64,000 nt of DNA from a virus (taxonomy: Duplodnaviria; Caudoviricetes): positions 1 through 64,000 of IMG/VR virus record IMGVR_UViG_2574180309_000001; one strand, 5' to 3'. This document shows positions 19,570 to 28,959 of this stretch, one piece after another. The notes under the pieces were generated by a model. The model was given only the letters and a program-made list of their open reading frames with translations. It did no database searches and was not told the DNA's origin. Made by a program: the position numbers and the translations under genes. Each line of letters starts with the position of its first letter. Position 1 is the first letter of the stretch.

Positions 19570-20742
19570 ATGAAATATTGGTTATTTAAAGTTGTTGATC
19601 AAATTGATTTTCAAAAAAAGAGCCAAGAGAGTATTTCAAAAGAACTTGGAATAAGTGGCCCTGCGTTTTCAAAGAATTTATCAGGGAAAAGTGAATTGAA
19701 TTTTTTAAATGTAGTAAAGTTAGTTGAATTATTATATGAAGATCCGCTTGAAAAGAATTATATGATCCATGAATTTTGTAAAAAAACTAAAAGTAAAAAG
19801 AATTTAAGAATAGCTATGGAGTATGGAAATGCTTTAGGGGATTTGGAACTCCTTAGAATCGCGATTCAAAGAGGCTTTGAATCTAATAACTCTAAAACTT
19901 ACGAATGGGCATATATATATGAACTCGTTTGGTTAAGAGCTAAGAAATTTTTTACAGCTGAAAAACTTTTAACGGAGACTGAGAATAGGAAAAAGAGTAA
20001 AGTTCTTAAAAATGAAGAAACTAAAATAATGTTTGATATTTTAACATTATATTCTATGTATGATTGTAGGGATTTTAAACTTTTAGATGGGTATATACAA
20101 ACATTACAGGAAAAAATATCTGAACTTCCTAGCCAATTTATAAAAGATATATACAGTAGCCGTGTAAAGGAATGGTATGCGTATGCATTGCTAATGGACG
20201 AGCAAATAGAAAAATCAAGAGAACTATGCCATAGTATATTGAATGTTAATGATGAATTAGGTTATTTAAGGTTATTAAAGATTTCTGCATTAGGATATTT
20301 AGGTGAATCATACGTTGAAAATTATGAACAATCTTTATGGTATTTAAATAAAGGGATTGAGATGCTAGACCAACTATCTTATGAGAAAGCAGAAAACCGA
20401 AAAAAAGAGTTTTTAAATATGAGGTCTTACATTAGAATAATCCATCAAAAGGATATGTATGATTTACAAATTTTTGATGTGGGCGAGAAAGCGCTTCTAT
20501 ATATAGTAACAGGAGAAAAAGAAAAAGCTGCCACTATATTAAGAAAGTACGAAAAAGAGAATGGTAGTCTGTCTCCAATGAAATTATGTTATTTAGGAAT
20601 GGCATTGGAAGATAGAAAATTACTAGAAAAATCAATTGAGTTATTCTACTCGCAAGGGTGTAAATTTTATAGTTATTTACCTCGAAAAATATTGGTAGAT
20701 ATTAATAAAAATAGTATAATATACAAGGGTGATGCTAAATGA
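19570..20742 (+). CDS. aimR: Arbitrium receptor (HTH plus TPR)
   Basis: N-terminal HTH, KNLRIAMEY, helical repeats; directly upstream of a secreted-peptide gene and cI. Confidence 0.85.
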   Translation: MKYWLFKVVDQIDFQKKSQESISKELGISGPAFSKNLSGKSELNFLNVVKLVELLYEDPLEKNYMIHEFCKKTKSKKNLRIAMEYGNALGDLELLRIAIQRGFESNNSKTYEWAYIYELVWLRAKKFFTAEKLLTETENRKKSKVLKNEETKIMFDILTLYSMYDCRDFKLLDGYIQTLQEKISELPSQFIKDIYSSRVKEWYAYALLMDEQIEKSRELCHSILNVNDELGYLRLLKISALGYLGESYVENYEQSLWYLNKGIEMLDQLSYEKAENRKKEFLNMRSYIRIIHQKDMYDLQIFDVGEKALLYIVTGEKEKAATILRKYEKENGSLSPMKLCYLGMALEDRKLLEKSIELFYSQGCKFYSYLPRKILVDINKNSIIYKGDAK

Positions 20743-20894
20743 AAAAAGTACTAGCTTTAGTAACAACTTTGGCTTTAGTCGGAGTATTATATGTATCTCC
20801 TGTTAAAGGTCAAAAGGAGCAGCCTAAACAAGTAGCAAAGGATGCTCAAACTCAAATTATGCTTAGAATGGATCCAGGGACAGGAATGGGATAA
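20739..20894 (+). CDS. aimP: Arbitrium pro-peptide, 51 aa, ending ...IMLRMDPGTGMG
   Basis: Signal peptide MKKVLALVTTLALVGVLYVSP; overlaps the aimR stop. Confidence 0.85.
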   Translation: MKKVLALVTTLALVGVLYVSPVKGQKEQPKQVAKDAQTQIMLRMDPGTGMG

Positions 20895-20926
20895 TTTTCT
20901 GGTTAAGGGTCCGATATAAATAGATT

Positions 20927-20961
20927 GAATGCGATTGTCTCTTAATGGGGCAATCGCATTC
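20927..20961 (+). terminator. Hairpin after aimP
   Basis: GAATGCGATTGTCTC-TTAAT-GGGGCAATCGCATTC. Confidence 0.65.
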
Positions 20962-21060
20962 GCTGTTTATAGGGGGATTAACTAAATTTCAAAATTAAAT
21001 ATTGGTTATACATTGTGATAAATTCACAAACTACTATGAAAATATCGGAGGATGTTGGTG

Positions 21061-21198
21061 ATGGAACAAAATACAATCGAAAAAGAGTTAATTGAAGTTG
21101 AAAGTAATCTACAAGGAATCTTTAATGCGGCTCATAATGGGGATGCTGAGTCTTATGAAATTCTTTTGAAAATAAAAGAGGCGATCGGTAGCATTTAA
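21061..21198 (+). CDS. AimX-position small protein (45 aa), convergent with cI
   Basis: RBS GGAGG; MEQNTIEKELIEVESNLQGIFNAAHNGDAESYEILLKIKEAIGSI. Confidence 0.6.
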   Translation: MEQNTIEKELIEVESNLQGIFNAAHNGDAESYEILLKIKEAIGSI

Positions 21199-21203
21199 CG
21201 CTA

Positions 21204-21554
21204 TCAATCGCCTGATATTTTAACTAGTTGTTTTATCATTTCAATAAGTTCTTTTTGTTTATCAGGATTCTTAGATCGGATATCTATCATTACTTGTTCT
21301 AAGTCATCCTTAGCTGTTAATTCAGGATTCTTCTCATCGGATTCACCTAATACATAAGAAACGGATACATTTGCGAGTTTAGCTATATCTAAAGAAGTTT
21401 TTCTCGATGGACATTTATCTATTTCTTCGTTCTCCCACATAGATACAGCAGATTTACTTTTTAGTCCTAGTGCGTTAATGAATTCAGATTGGCTCATTTT
21501 GAGTATTTCCGTTCTGATTTCTTTAACCCTTTTACTAATCAATTGATGATTCAT
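21204..21554 (-). CDS. CI-like XRE repressor
   Basis: XRE HTH; divergent from cro; no peptidase domain. Confidence 0.8.
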   Translation of the reverse strand: MNHQLISKRVKEIRTEILKMSQSEFINALGLKSKSAVSMWENEEIDKCPSRKTSLDIAKLANVSVSYVLGESDEKNPELTAKDDLEQVMIDIRSKNPDKQKELIEMIKQLVKISGD

Positions 21555-21646
21555 TAGTTTTCTCTCCTTTATAGAAGTCCCGTCTACTATTATCTTTTAC
21601 TTTTTTTCATTAACTATAGTCAATATATATAAAATTTAACAGGAAA

Positions 21647-22006
21647 GTTCACTCAAAGACAACCTTTTTAAGTTTATAGAAAAAAATAAATTTTACTGTT
21701 CACAAAACGTGAACGTTGTGTTATTATCAAATTAACGAAAAGAACAAAGGTGATAAACATGAAACTAAATATCGAAAAGGCCAAATCGTTACGCAAGAAA
21801 CGTGGTTATAGTCAGGCTTATGTAGGTGATTATCTTGGTTACTCAACAAAATCCGCTTATTCACAACTTGAATCTGGCAAGAGACAACCAAGTATATACA
21901 GATTGGGTTTGTTGTCTAAATTGTATGATGTTACAGTTGATGAATTAGTAGAAAGTTAACGAAAAGTTAACTATTATTTTTAACTAAATGTTCACTTTTT
22001 GTGAAC
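21647..22006. promoter_or_regulatory. Operator palindromes GTTMAC-N5-GTKAAC
   Basis: 21698-21714, 21955-21971 and 21990-22006; degenerate copy at 21647-21663. Confidence 0.7.
21759..21959 (+). CDS. Cro-like XRE regulator
   Basis: LRKKRGYSQ...YSQLESGKRQPS. Confidence 0.8.
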   Translation: MKLNIEKAKSLRKKRGYSQAYVGDYLGYSTKSAYSQLESGKRQPSIYRLGLLSKLYDVTVDELVES

Positions 22007-22023
22007 TTAGAGGAGGAAAGAAA

Positions 22024-22827
22024 ATGAAGCAGTTACAGGTTTTCAATCATCAAGAATTTGGAGCGTTAGAGGTTATACACCTTAACGGTAAGGAAATGTT
22101 CAATCTTGAAAATGTAGCGTGGTCACTTGGATATACGAAAGTGGCAAAAGGGAAAACTTATCTTCGAAAAGATCGTATCGAGAAAGTCATCCAAAAAGCT
22201 GATATATCAGTAATTGTCCACGATGGACAACCATACATTACCGAAGATGGATTGTATGAGCTGATTTTCGAATCAGAAACTCAGAAAGCAAAAGAATTTC
22301 GAAAATGGGTAACAAGTGAAGTGCTTCCTTCTATTAGAAAACATGGAGCATACATGACACCAAACACAATTAATGCTCTACTTCAAGATCCAGACTTAAT
22401 TATTGGTCTCGCATCACAACTCAAGCAGGAACAACAAGCGAGACAGGTTGCTGAACAAAAAAATCTCATGTTAACACAACAGATCGCAGAAAACGCATCA
22501 AAGATTACATACCTAGACCAAATTCTTCAATCCCAAGATACAGTAACAGTCTCACAAGTTGCAGCGGATTACGGATTATCAGCGATGAAGCTTAATAAAA
22601 TCCTGAAAGAAGAAAAAGTGCAGTACAAAGTGAATAATCAATGGTTACTGTACTCCAAATACCAAAACAAAGGTTATACAAAATCGAAAACAGTTGATGT
22701 AGTGCATACAGATGGTAGCAGATCAGTGAAAATGAATACGCGTTGGACACAAAAGGGGAGGCTCTTCATCCACGAACTTCTAACGAAACGCGGAATTATT
22801 CCAGAAATGGATAGGGAGGCGATGTAA
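22024..22827 (+). CDS. Phage antirepressor (BRO-N plus KilAC)
   Basis: FRKWVTSEVLPSIRKHGAY; WTQKGRLFI. Confidence 0.9.
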   Translation: MKQLQVFNHQEFGALEVIHLNGKEMFNLENVAWSLGYTKVAKGKTYLRKDRIEKVIQKADISVIVHDGQPYITEDGLYELIFESETQKAKEFRKWVTSEVLPSIRKHGAYMTPNTINALLQDPDLIIGLASQLKQEQQARQVAEQKNLMLTQQIAENASKITYLDQILQSQDTVTVSQVAADYGLSAMKLNKILKEEKVQYKVNNQWLLYSKYQNKGYTKSKTVDVVHTDGSRSVKMNTRWTQKGRLFIHELLTKRGIIPEMDREAM

Positions 22828-22950
22828 ATGATGGAGGAAAGTATATTATCACTGGCGATTGTATCAGCAGCTATATGTCTATCATCATACCTAGTATATA
22901 GAATTGATGTCTGGGATAAAAAGACAGGATGGTCACAAGATGATAAATAA
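22828..22950 (+). CDS. Small membrane protein (40 aa)
   Basis: Hand translation; RBS GGAGG. Confidence 0.5.
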   Translation: MMEESILSLAIVSAAICLSSYLVYRIDVWDKKTGWSQDDK

Positions 22951-23080
22951 ACAGCAACGTGATGAATATGAACGAAAGAAAATCTTGTGGATTATAAAGG
23001 ATTTAAGAGCAAAGGGTGTACATAACAGCGCAGATAAGGTTGAGGAAACATACAAGAGGTATATCACTCTAGCTAAATGA
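22940..23080 (+). CDS. Small hypothetical phage protein (46 aa)
   Basis: Hand translation; overlaps the previous gene. Confidence 0.5.
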   Translation: MINKQQRDEYERKKILWIIKDLRAKGVHNSADKVEETYKRYITLAK

Positions 23081-23604
23081 TAAAAGCCCTACAAGGGGAT
23101 GTAGGGCAAGACTAAGGGTATTGAAGAATTGTCGATTCTAAAAGTAAAGGACTTCTTGGAACGTTATAAGTTTAACACGAAATTTAATAAAACATTATAT
23201 AAAGATGTTACGAAATTATGGATGTAAAAAACAAAGATAAAAATTATGAAAAAAGTTGATAATCAATAGAACCTATAAGGGATTATGTTTGTAATAGCGT
23301 CTTTATAAAGTTAGTTGGACAGGCTTTTGCTTGTCGAAATATTCAGGAATTTAATAGAATTCCCCACCTAATAGGCAGGTTCCTGGGTATTGCGATGCGT
23401 GAAAGCATCAAAAAAGCCCGTACAGAAGCACGGGCCGGTTGTTACACATATCGTTAACTAAATTTTAACAGCTTTTCAGAAAGTTAGCTATTGAAAAATA
23501 AAAAACGCTCGATGGCAACGAGCGCTGTAGAGAAAACATTCCCTAAAATTAGCTACCTCTATTATACCATAAGTTTTCTCTCAGTAAATAAGGAGGAACG
23601 AGAA

Positions 23605-23805
23605 ATGATTGAAAACAGAATGTTAATCGGAAATCACCACGATTCATCAGCAAGAGATTTCATTGAAGAGTGTGCGGGTTGCAATGGAGAGATATATTTC
23701 GGTGAAAGTTGTTTAGATTTCGATGGTACTTACCTACACGCAGAAACAGAGTGCATTACTCAATATGTGAAGTCCCATTCTACAGAGAAAGTAGCAGGTG
23801 AATAA
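23605..23805 (+). CDS. Small Zn-binding phage protein
   Basis: CAGC...H...C; RBS AGGAGG. Confidence 0.65.
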   Translation: MIENRMLIGNHHDSSARDFIEECAGCNGEIYFGESCLDFDGTYLHAETECITQYVKSHSTEKVAGE

Positions 23806-23983
23806 GATGGCCCTACAAAACAAAATTGAAGCTGAAATTCAAATTATGAAGAATTTAGTTGAACGATATAAGCAAAGTAATGAACCTAACGCTGCATCAA
23901 TGGTTGTAGCCTATGAATACGGATTACAGGCACTTACGGAAGTATATGAGGTTAGTAAACAAACAGAAGTATCACCATTTTAA
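23798..23983 (+). CDS. Hypothetical phage protein
   Basis: ORF coupled within the early operon. Confidence 0.6.
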   Translation: MNKMALQNKIEAEIQIMKNLVERYKQSNEPNAASMVVAYEYGLQALTEVYEVSKQTEVSPF

Positions 23984-24000
23984 AGGAGAGGGAGATTCAT

Positions 24001-24627
24001 ATGATAATTGAAAACTACTTTTCTAAATTAGCTCAAATAGATTGCACGGAACATGTTGAAAAGAAAGGGCGCTTTAACTACTTATCATGGGCATGGGCAG
24101 TTAAAAAACTTCGTGAGGTTGATCCAACAGCGACATGGGAAGTAAAACGATTTAATGGGGCACCTTACCTTAAAACAGATTGTGGTTACTTTGTAGAGGT
24201 TGAAGTAACTGTACAAGGAATACCACTAAGTCAGATTCACCCAATACTTAACAATCAGAATAAGCCAATTGCAGAGCCTAACAGCTTTGATATTAACACA
24301 AGTATCCAACGGTGCTTAGTAAAAGCAATTGCACTTCACGGATTAGGATTATACATCTATGCAGGTGAAGATTTACCAGAAATCCAAGAGGAAATGATTA
24401 CTGCTCAACAAGTCGGTGCAATCAAATTAAACATAAAAAAATTAGCTACTCTTCGAAAAGTGGATGAAGACTCGATTAAAGGACACTTAAGTATTAAAGA
24501 AGTTGGCGAATTGACATTAAAACAAGCTGAAGAAGTACTAAAGAAATCAACAAAGTGGGTTAAACAGGCTGAAAAAGCAACTTCTGAAATCGAAGAACAA
24601 GTAGAAAAAATAGAACAAACAAACTAA
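24001..24627 (+). CDS. Sak-type single-strand annealing protein (DUF1071)
   Basis: YLSWAWA; QRCLVKAIALHGLGLYIYAGED. Confidence 0.85.
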   Translation: MIIENYFSKLAQIDCTEHVEKKGRFNYLSWAWAVKKLREVDPTATWEVKRFNGAPYLKTDCGYFVEVEVTVQGIPLSQIHPILNNQNKPIAEPNSFDINTSIQRCLVKAIALHGLGLYIYAGEDLPEIQEEMITAQQVGAIKLNIKKLATLRKVDEDSIKGHLSIKEVGELTLKQAEEVLKKSTKWVKQAEKATSEIEEQVEKIEQTN

Positions 24628-24642
24628 GGAGATGTTAAGCCT

Positions 24643-24819
24643 ATGTTAGACAAAAATCAATCTAAAGTCGTCCTTCCGAAGTGGGTGTGGAAGGGCGCAC
24701 GGAATGAAAAAGAAGCAAGAGTAAAGGCGATTGAGTACATCACCCCCAATCGCTACCCAGGATATAAAATAATCAAAATTCAAGGCGACATAGCGGTATG
24801 CGAAAGGGCGAATGCGTGA
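24643..24819 (+). CDS. Hypothetical phage protein (58 aa)
   Basis: Hand translation; RBS AAGGAG. Confidence 0.55.
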   Translation: MLDKNQSKVVLPKWVWKGARNEKEARVKAIEYITPNRYPGYKIIKIQGDIAVCERANA

Positions 24820-25040
24820 TGTTTAAGATACCTGTCAGACGTGGATCAATGAAAGAAATGCTAATAGCAGTTCGTGATTTAGAAAAACGGGGTTATGACT
24901 ATGTAACACCAATTAAGCGGGTATATAGAGCAGAAAGAACTTTCCATCACGAAGGTAAATTCAGGGGGAGAGACAAGGTTCGTTTTACTGGCATGGAAGA
25001 CAATGTGAGTTATGAATGTTGGATGAAGAAGGTGAACTAA
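24819..25040 (+). CDS. Hypothetical phage protein
   Basis: Coupled ORF. Confidence 0.6.
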   Translation: MFKIPVRRGSMKEMLIAVRDLEKRGYDYVTPIKRVYRAERTFHHEGKFRGRDKVRFTGMEDNVSYECWMKKVN

Positions 25041-25925
25041 ATGGCGAAATACAGACACGTTCAAACTTCATTTTGGTCAGATGCAAGAGTTTCAGAAGAG
25101 ATGACGCCAGAGGATAAATACTTTTACCTCTATCTAATGACTAATGAGCATACAAACCAAATTGGAGTTTATCAGATAACTAGAAAACAAATGGCTTTTG
25201 AATTGGGTTACTCAATTGAAAGTGCAAAAGCTTTATTGGATCGCTTTATTAATCATCATGATTTGGTAGTTTATAACGAAGAAACTAGAGAACTTTGCAT
25301 ACTTAACTGGGGGAAATACAACCTTAACAAAGGTGGCAAGCCGATTGAGGATTGCATAAAGAAAGAGCTTAAAAGTATTAAAGATTTGTCGTTGGTACGA
25401 CTGGTGCTAGAACGAACAGAAAACACCTCGTTAGTACAAAAAGTCAGTGTTTATGCGGGTCTTGACGATACGTCACACGATACGTCCACGATACGGGGAC
25501 AAAAAGAAAAAGAAAAAGAAAAAGAAAAAGAAAAAGAAAAAGAAAAAGAAAAAGAAAAAGAAAACAAGCCTCCTCGTCACAAGTTTGAAACTTGCGACAC
25601 CAACGGGGCTAAGTATCTATTTGAAAAAATTAAGGGGAACAATCCTAAACAAAAAGAACCTAATTTCGATAATTGGGCAAATGAATTTAGATTAATGCGA
25701 GAACGCGATAACAGAGAACCGCAAGAGATTAAAGATGTTATTGATTGGTGCCAAGCTGATCTATTCTGGCAGGGGAACATTTTATCTCCTAAAAAGCTAA
25801 GGGAGAAGTTCGACCAACTAGCTATCCAAATGAATTCTAAAAAAGGAGCAAAAAACAATGCGGAGAGCGGTGGCAGCAATACCAACCGATATAGCCAAAA
25901 AGGTGAATATGACTATGGATTCTGA
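25041..25925 (+). CDS. Phage replication initiator/replisome organiser
   Basis: FWSD...PEDKYFYLYLMTN; WQGNILSPKKLREKF; upstream of the DnaC-like gene. Confidence 0.85.
   Translation: MAKYRHVQTSFWSDARVSEEMTPEDKYFYLYLMTNEHTNQIGVYQITRKQMAFELGYSIESAKALLDRFINHHDLVVYNEETRELCILNWGKYNLNKGGKPIEDCIKKELKSIKDLSLVRLVLERTENTSLVQKVSVYAGLDDTSHDTSTIRGQKEKEKEKEKEKEKEKEKEKENKPPRHKFETCDTNGAKYLFEKIKGNNPKQKEPNFDNWANEFRLMRERDNREPQEIKDVIDWCQADLFWQGNILSPKKLREKFDQLAIQMNSKKGAKNNAESGGSNTNRYSQKGEYDYGF
25501..25565 (+). repeat. (AAAGAA)n microsatellite encoding a (KE)n linker
   Basis: About 10 perfect hexamers. Confidence 0.9.
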
Positions 25926-26667
25926 TGTGTGTGATACGCACGGTATGAATAAGATGAAGTTCGTTGGACAAGTTGTTTGTCCGCGTTGCTTCCTTGAAAA
26001 CGAGAGTAAGAAGCTTCAGCAACATGAGCAAGCGAAATACGATGCGGATAAAGCGAATGAGAAGAAGTTTATGTTCCATCAACAAAGTATGATTGCCGAT
26101 AGCAACATTAAGAAAGCTAGTTTCGATAACTATCAACCTACTAGCGAGGAAGGAGCAAAGAACCTTGAACTTGTAAAGGTCATCGCTACTTATTATCTCA
26201 ATGGAAAAGTGTTTAACACGATTATGGCAGGAAATTGCGGGGCAGGGAAAACGCATCTTGCTTATGCTATCGCGGATCAACTTGCTGGAGCAGGGAAGTC
26301 AGTTGTCTTCGTCACAGTTGGGGAATTATTACGAAAGATTAAAAGTACGTTCAGTAAAGATTCAACACTAACTGAGGATTCAATCATTCGAGGCTTAGTA
26401 AGAGCAGAAGTGTTAATAGTCGATGATTTAGGAGCGGAGTTAGGCGCATTAGATGCCAATACAAAAGCAACAAACTTCATTAATAGGGTGTTATTCGATG
26501 TTTTTGATGGAAGGCAAGGTAAATCTACTATTTTTACGACAAACCTTACAGGAGAGCGTTTAGAGGGTGCATATGATGAAAGAATTGTATCGCGTATCTT
26601 TAATAACTTTAGAACGATTGTTTTCAAAGATACAAAGGATTACAGGAGAAAAGCATTGCCATTCTAA
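25858..26667 (+). CDS. DnaC/IstB-like helicase loader ATPase
   Basis: GNCGAGKT, IVDDLGAE, TTN, RIVSR. Confidence 0.9.
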   Translation: MRRAVAAIPTDIAKKVNMTMDSDVCDTHGMNKMKFVGQVVCPRCFLENESKKLQQHEQAKYDADKANEKKFMFHQQSMIADSNIKKASFDNYQPTSEEGAKNLELVKVIATYYLNGKVFNTIMAGNCGAGKTHLAYAIADQLAGAGKSVVFVTVGELLRKIKSTFSKDSTLTEDSIIRGLVRAEVLIVDDLGAELGALDANTKATNFINRVLFDVFDGRQGKSTIFTTNLTGERLEGAYDERIVSRIFNNFRTIVFKDTKDYRRKALPF

Positions 26668-26674
26668 GGGGGAA

Positions 26675-27310
26675 ATGAAAATGACAAAGGTAACAGTTGA
26701 ATTAACAGAAAAGCAGGTTGAGTTCTTAAAATTATTTAGCGAAAAACAATACGAAGATACAGAAGACAATCAATACACATGTGATGCTTTGCATGTTGTT
26801 CAGAAAAAAAGATACCGTTTCATCCCATATAGCGAAGAAATTTCAGGTTACTTTGATCCAGATATCTTAAAGTTTTGTGTTGATGCAGAATATGAAGATT
26901 GGCATGAGAATGAAACGGCAGCAGTTAAACAACGGTATGAATTGATAGAGGAAGAATGTCCGATTGAAATAAAAACGTTCGATGATTTGCAATACGAACG
27001 AGTTATTGGAACAGATGGAGAAGAAAGATTCATTATGAATTTCGATGATTACTTTAAACATTATGGAATAGAAAATTACGACATAGCTTGGGTAGAAAAA
27101 GAATGGGAAAATGTAGCGTTCTTCTTCATTTTGGAAGAAGCTAAGCACTATCTAAAATATCAAGCTCATAATCTAGGGAAATCAAGAATCTACACTTATT
27201 CTGCTGGCTATGACAATAGAGGAGATTTTACGCACTTCCGTAATTTGTTATTGAAAATGGGGCAAGGGCTAAATAAGGAATCTAATCAAAAAGAAGCAGC
27301 GGCTGTTTAA
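26675..27310 (+). CDS. Hypothetical phage protein
   Basis: Long ORF with RBS. Confidence 0.7.
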   Translation: MKMTKVTVELTEKQVEFLKLFSEKQYEDTEDNQYTCDALHVVQKKRYRFIPYSEEISGYFDPDILKFCVDAEYEDWHENETAAVKQRYELIEEECPIEIKTFDDLQYERVIGTDGEERFIMNFDDYFKHYGIENYDIAWVEKEWENVAFFFILEEAKHYLKYQAHNLGKSRIYTYSAGYDNRGDFTHFRNLLLKMGQGLNKESNQKEAAAV

Positions 27311-27332
27311 AAATATAAAGGGGGAATAAACG

Positions 27333-27596
27333 ATGTGTGTATGTGCAGGAACGGGAGTAATTAGCAAAGATATGGGGAATGGCTGTTATCAATTTGCACT
27401 GTGTATTTGCGAAGCAGGGAATCGCAGTCCTGAAGAAGTGGATAGAAGACGTCATGCCGTTATGGCGGAGTTACGAGAAATTCATCAATTACAACTGGAG
27501 GGGAAATGGGATGCCACGACTTGGAACGGATTTGGAAAAGGAGAATTACACAATGGCGTTGCAGCAGGGGAAGTACATGAAGAAGTCGCGTCGTAA
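27333..27596 (+). CDS. Small Cys-containing phage protein
   Basis: MCVC...CIC. Confidence 0.55.
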   Translation: MCVCAGTGVISKDMGNGCYQFALCICEAGNRSPEEVDRRRHAVMAELREIHQLQLEGKWDATTWNGFGKGELHNGVAAGEVHEEVAS

Positions 27597-27798
27597 CTTA
27601 TATATTGCTTTAGAGGAGTTGGACTTAGTGTTTGATGAAAGCGAAGTGATTCAATTAAGAGAAATGTGGGATGAGGATAAAGATATTCTTGAAATAGCAA
27701 AAGAGTTAGGAAGGCATCAACTAGAAATCGCCGCATTAATTATGGATCAGGCAGATAAGAACAAAATCAAATCTCGTCCAATGGGGTTAGGGGCATGA
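27511..27798 (+). CDS. HTH-like phage protein
   Basis: ILEIAKELGRH. Confidence 0.65.
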   Translation: MPRLGTDLEKENYTMALQQGKYMKKSRRNLYIALEELDLVFDESEVIQLREMWDEDKDILEIAKELGRHQLEIAALIMDQADKNKIKSRPMGLGA

Positions 27799-28058
27799 AA
27801 CAACTAACACTGGAGGATGTAGTCGGAAGTTTTGATTATACCGCAACAAGTACCGTGGACAAATTCTTGAAGCGTAATAGCGTTATGACGTACTCAGTAG
27901 AGTTTTACGATAAAGATGAGAAGTGGAAGCTTCGTTGGTTTGAGGCGGAGTCCGAGAGCGAAGCTATAGAAATGGCTAAAAAGAAATACGGAAAGATACA
28001 GATTATTACTACGTATATTTCCGATAGAACCTTAGAAGAGATAATGAATTTAGATTAG
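27795..28058 (+). CDS. Hypothetical phage protein
   Basis: Coupled ORF. Confidence 0.6.
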   Translation: MKQLTLEDVVGSFDYTATSTVDKFLKRNSVMTYSVEFYDKDEKWKLRWFEAESESEAIEMAKKKYGKIQIITTYISDRTLEEIMNLD

Positions 28059-28165
28059 GAGACATAGCGTTATGACGTATGATCAAATCAGATAGATTCA
28101 GGTAATTAGATTATGACTCTAATAGTCTCATAAAAGTGTTATTTGAATAGAAAAAGAGATAGGGT

Positions 28166-28306
28166 TCACAACCCCATCTCTTCCAACAAAGATAAGTGCA
28201 GTTTTGCTTCTTCGCAATTTGGATTAATGCAGTAATAAATAAACGAATGTTCATCGTGTTGTATGAGAGGTTGATCACAAGATACACATGTATATAGTGA
28301 GAGCAT
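28166..28306 (-). CDS. 46-aa zinc-ribbon peptide (moron)
   Basis: MLSLYTCVSCDQPLIQHDEHSFIYYCINPNCEE...; RBS AGGAGGT. Confidence 0.7.
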   Translation of the reverse strand: MLSLYTCVSCDQPLIQHDEHSFIYYCINPNCEEAKLHLSLLEEMGL

Positions 28307-28668
28307 TTTATATACCTCCTTACATAATATGGATTAATTGTAGCATAGTTTTAGTTGGGGAAGGAGTAAAATAAAATCGTTATTTAAATAAAAGAAACCC
28401 CGATTGTCTGCGGGGTTTCTAAGGGTAATCGTCAAGTAATGACGTACTCGACTAAACAACCATATCATGAATTTTTTGGTAAAAGTACTGGTAAATGCGT
28501 CCAAATGGGGAAGGGCATCGTTTTGAACAAAAACGCTATTTTAAATAAAAGAACAGTTAGCAAAAGCTAACTGCTCGGTTCTCCAAGGGGGAACAAGGAG
28601 AAAGTAACTTAATGGGTTGTCTATAGTATTGACGGAATATTGAGTTTTATTCACTGTGAGATTCATAT

Positions 28669-28833
28669 TTAAATTAAAATCTCTGTTATTAATATTATCA
28701 TTCCTACAAGAAGCAAGAATTCAAGCGAAATCCAAAATACACTTTTCTGTGGTTTTTTAAATTCTTGTATTAAAGAGAAGATGGAACTAATTGCTACAAA
28801 GATGAAAAGAATGAGTCGTATCATATCTGGCAT
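28669..28833 (-). CDS. Small two-TM membrane protein
   Basis: MPDMIRLILFIF...; RBS AGGAG. Confidence 0.6.
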   Translation of the reverse strand: MPDMIRLILFIFVAISSIFSLIQEFKKPQKSVFWISLEFLLLVGMIILITEILI

Positions 28834-28959
28834 TTTAACCACTCCTAAGGTTTGAATGGATTCATTATATAACGATTTTTGAATTTTTGGATAATCAAGG
28901 ATGAGAATTAAGCAAAATTTAAACAAAATAATCCTTTTAATAGAAAGTGAGGAATAACA

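Noticed and set aside
25447-25695. Poly-lysine ORF
   Set aside because: Alternative frame of the AAAGAA repeat
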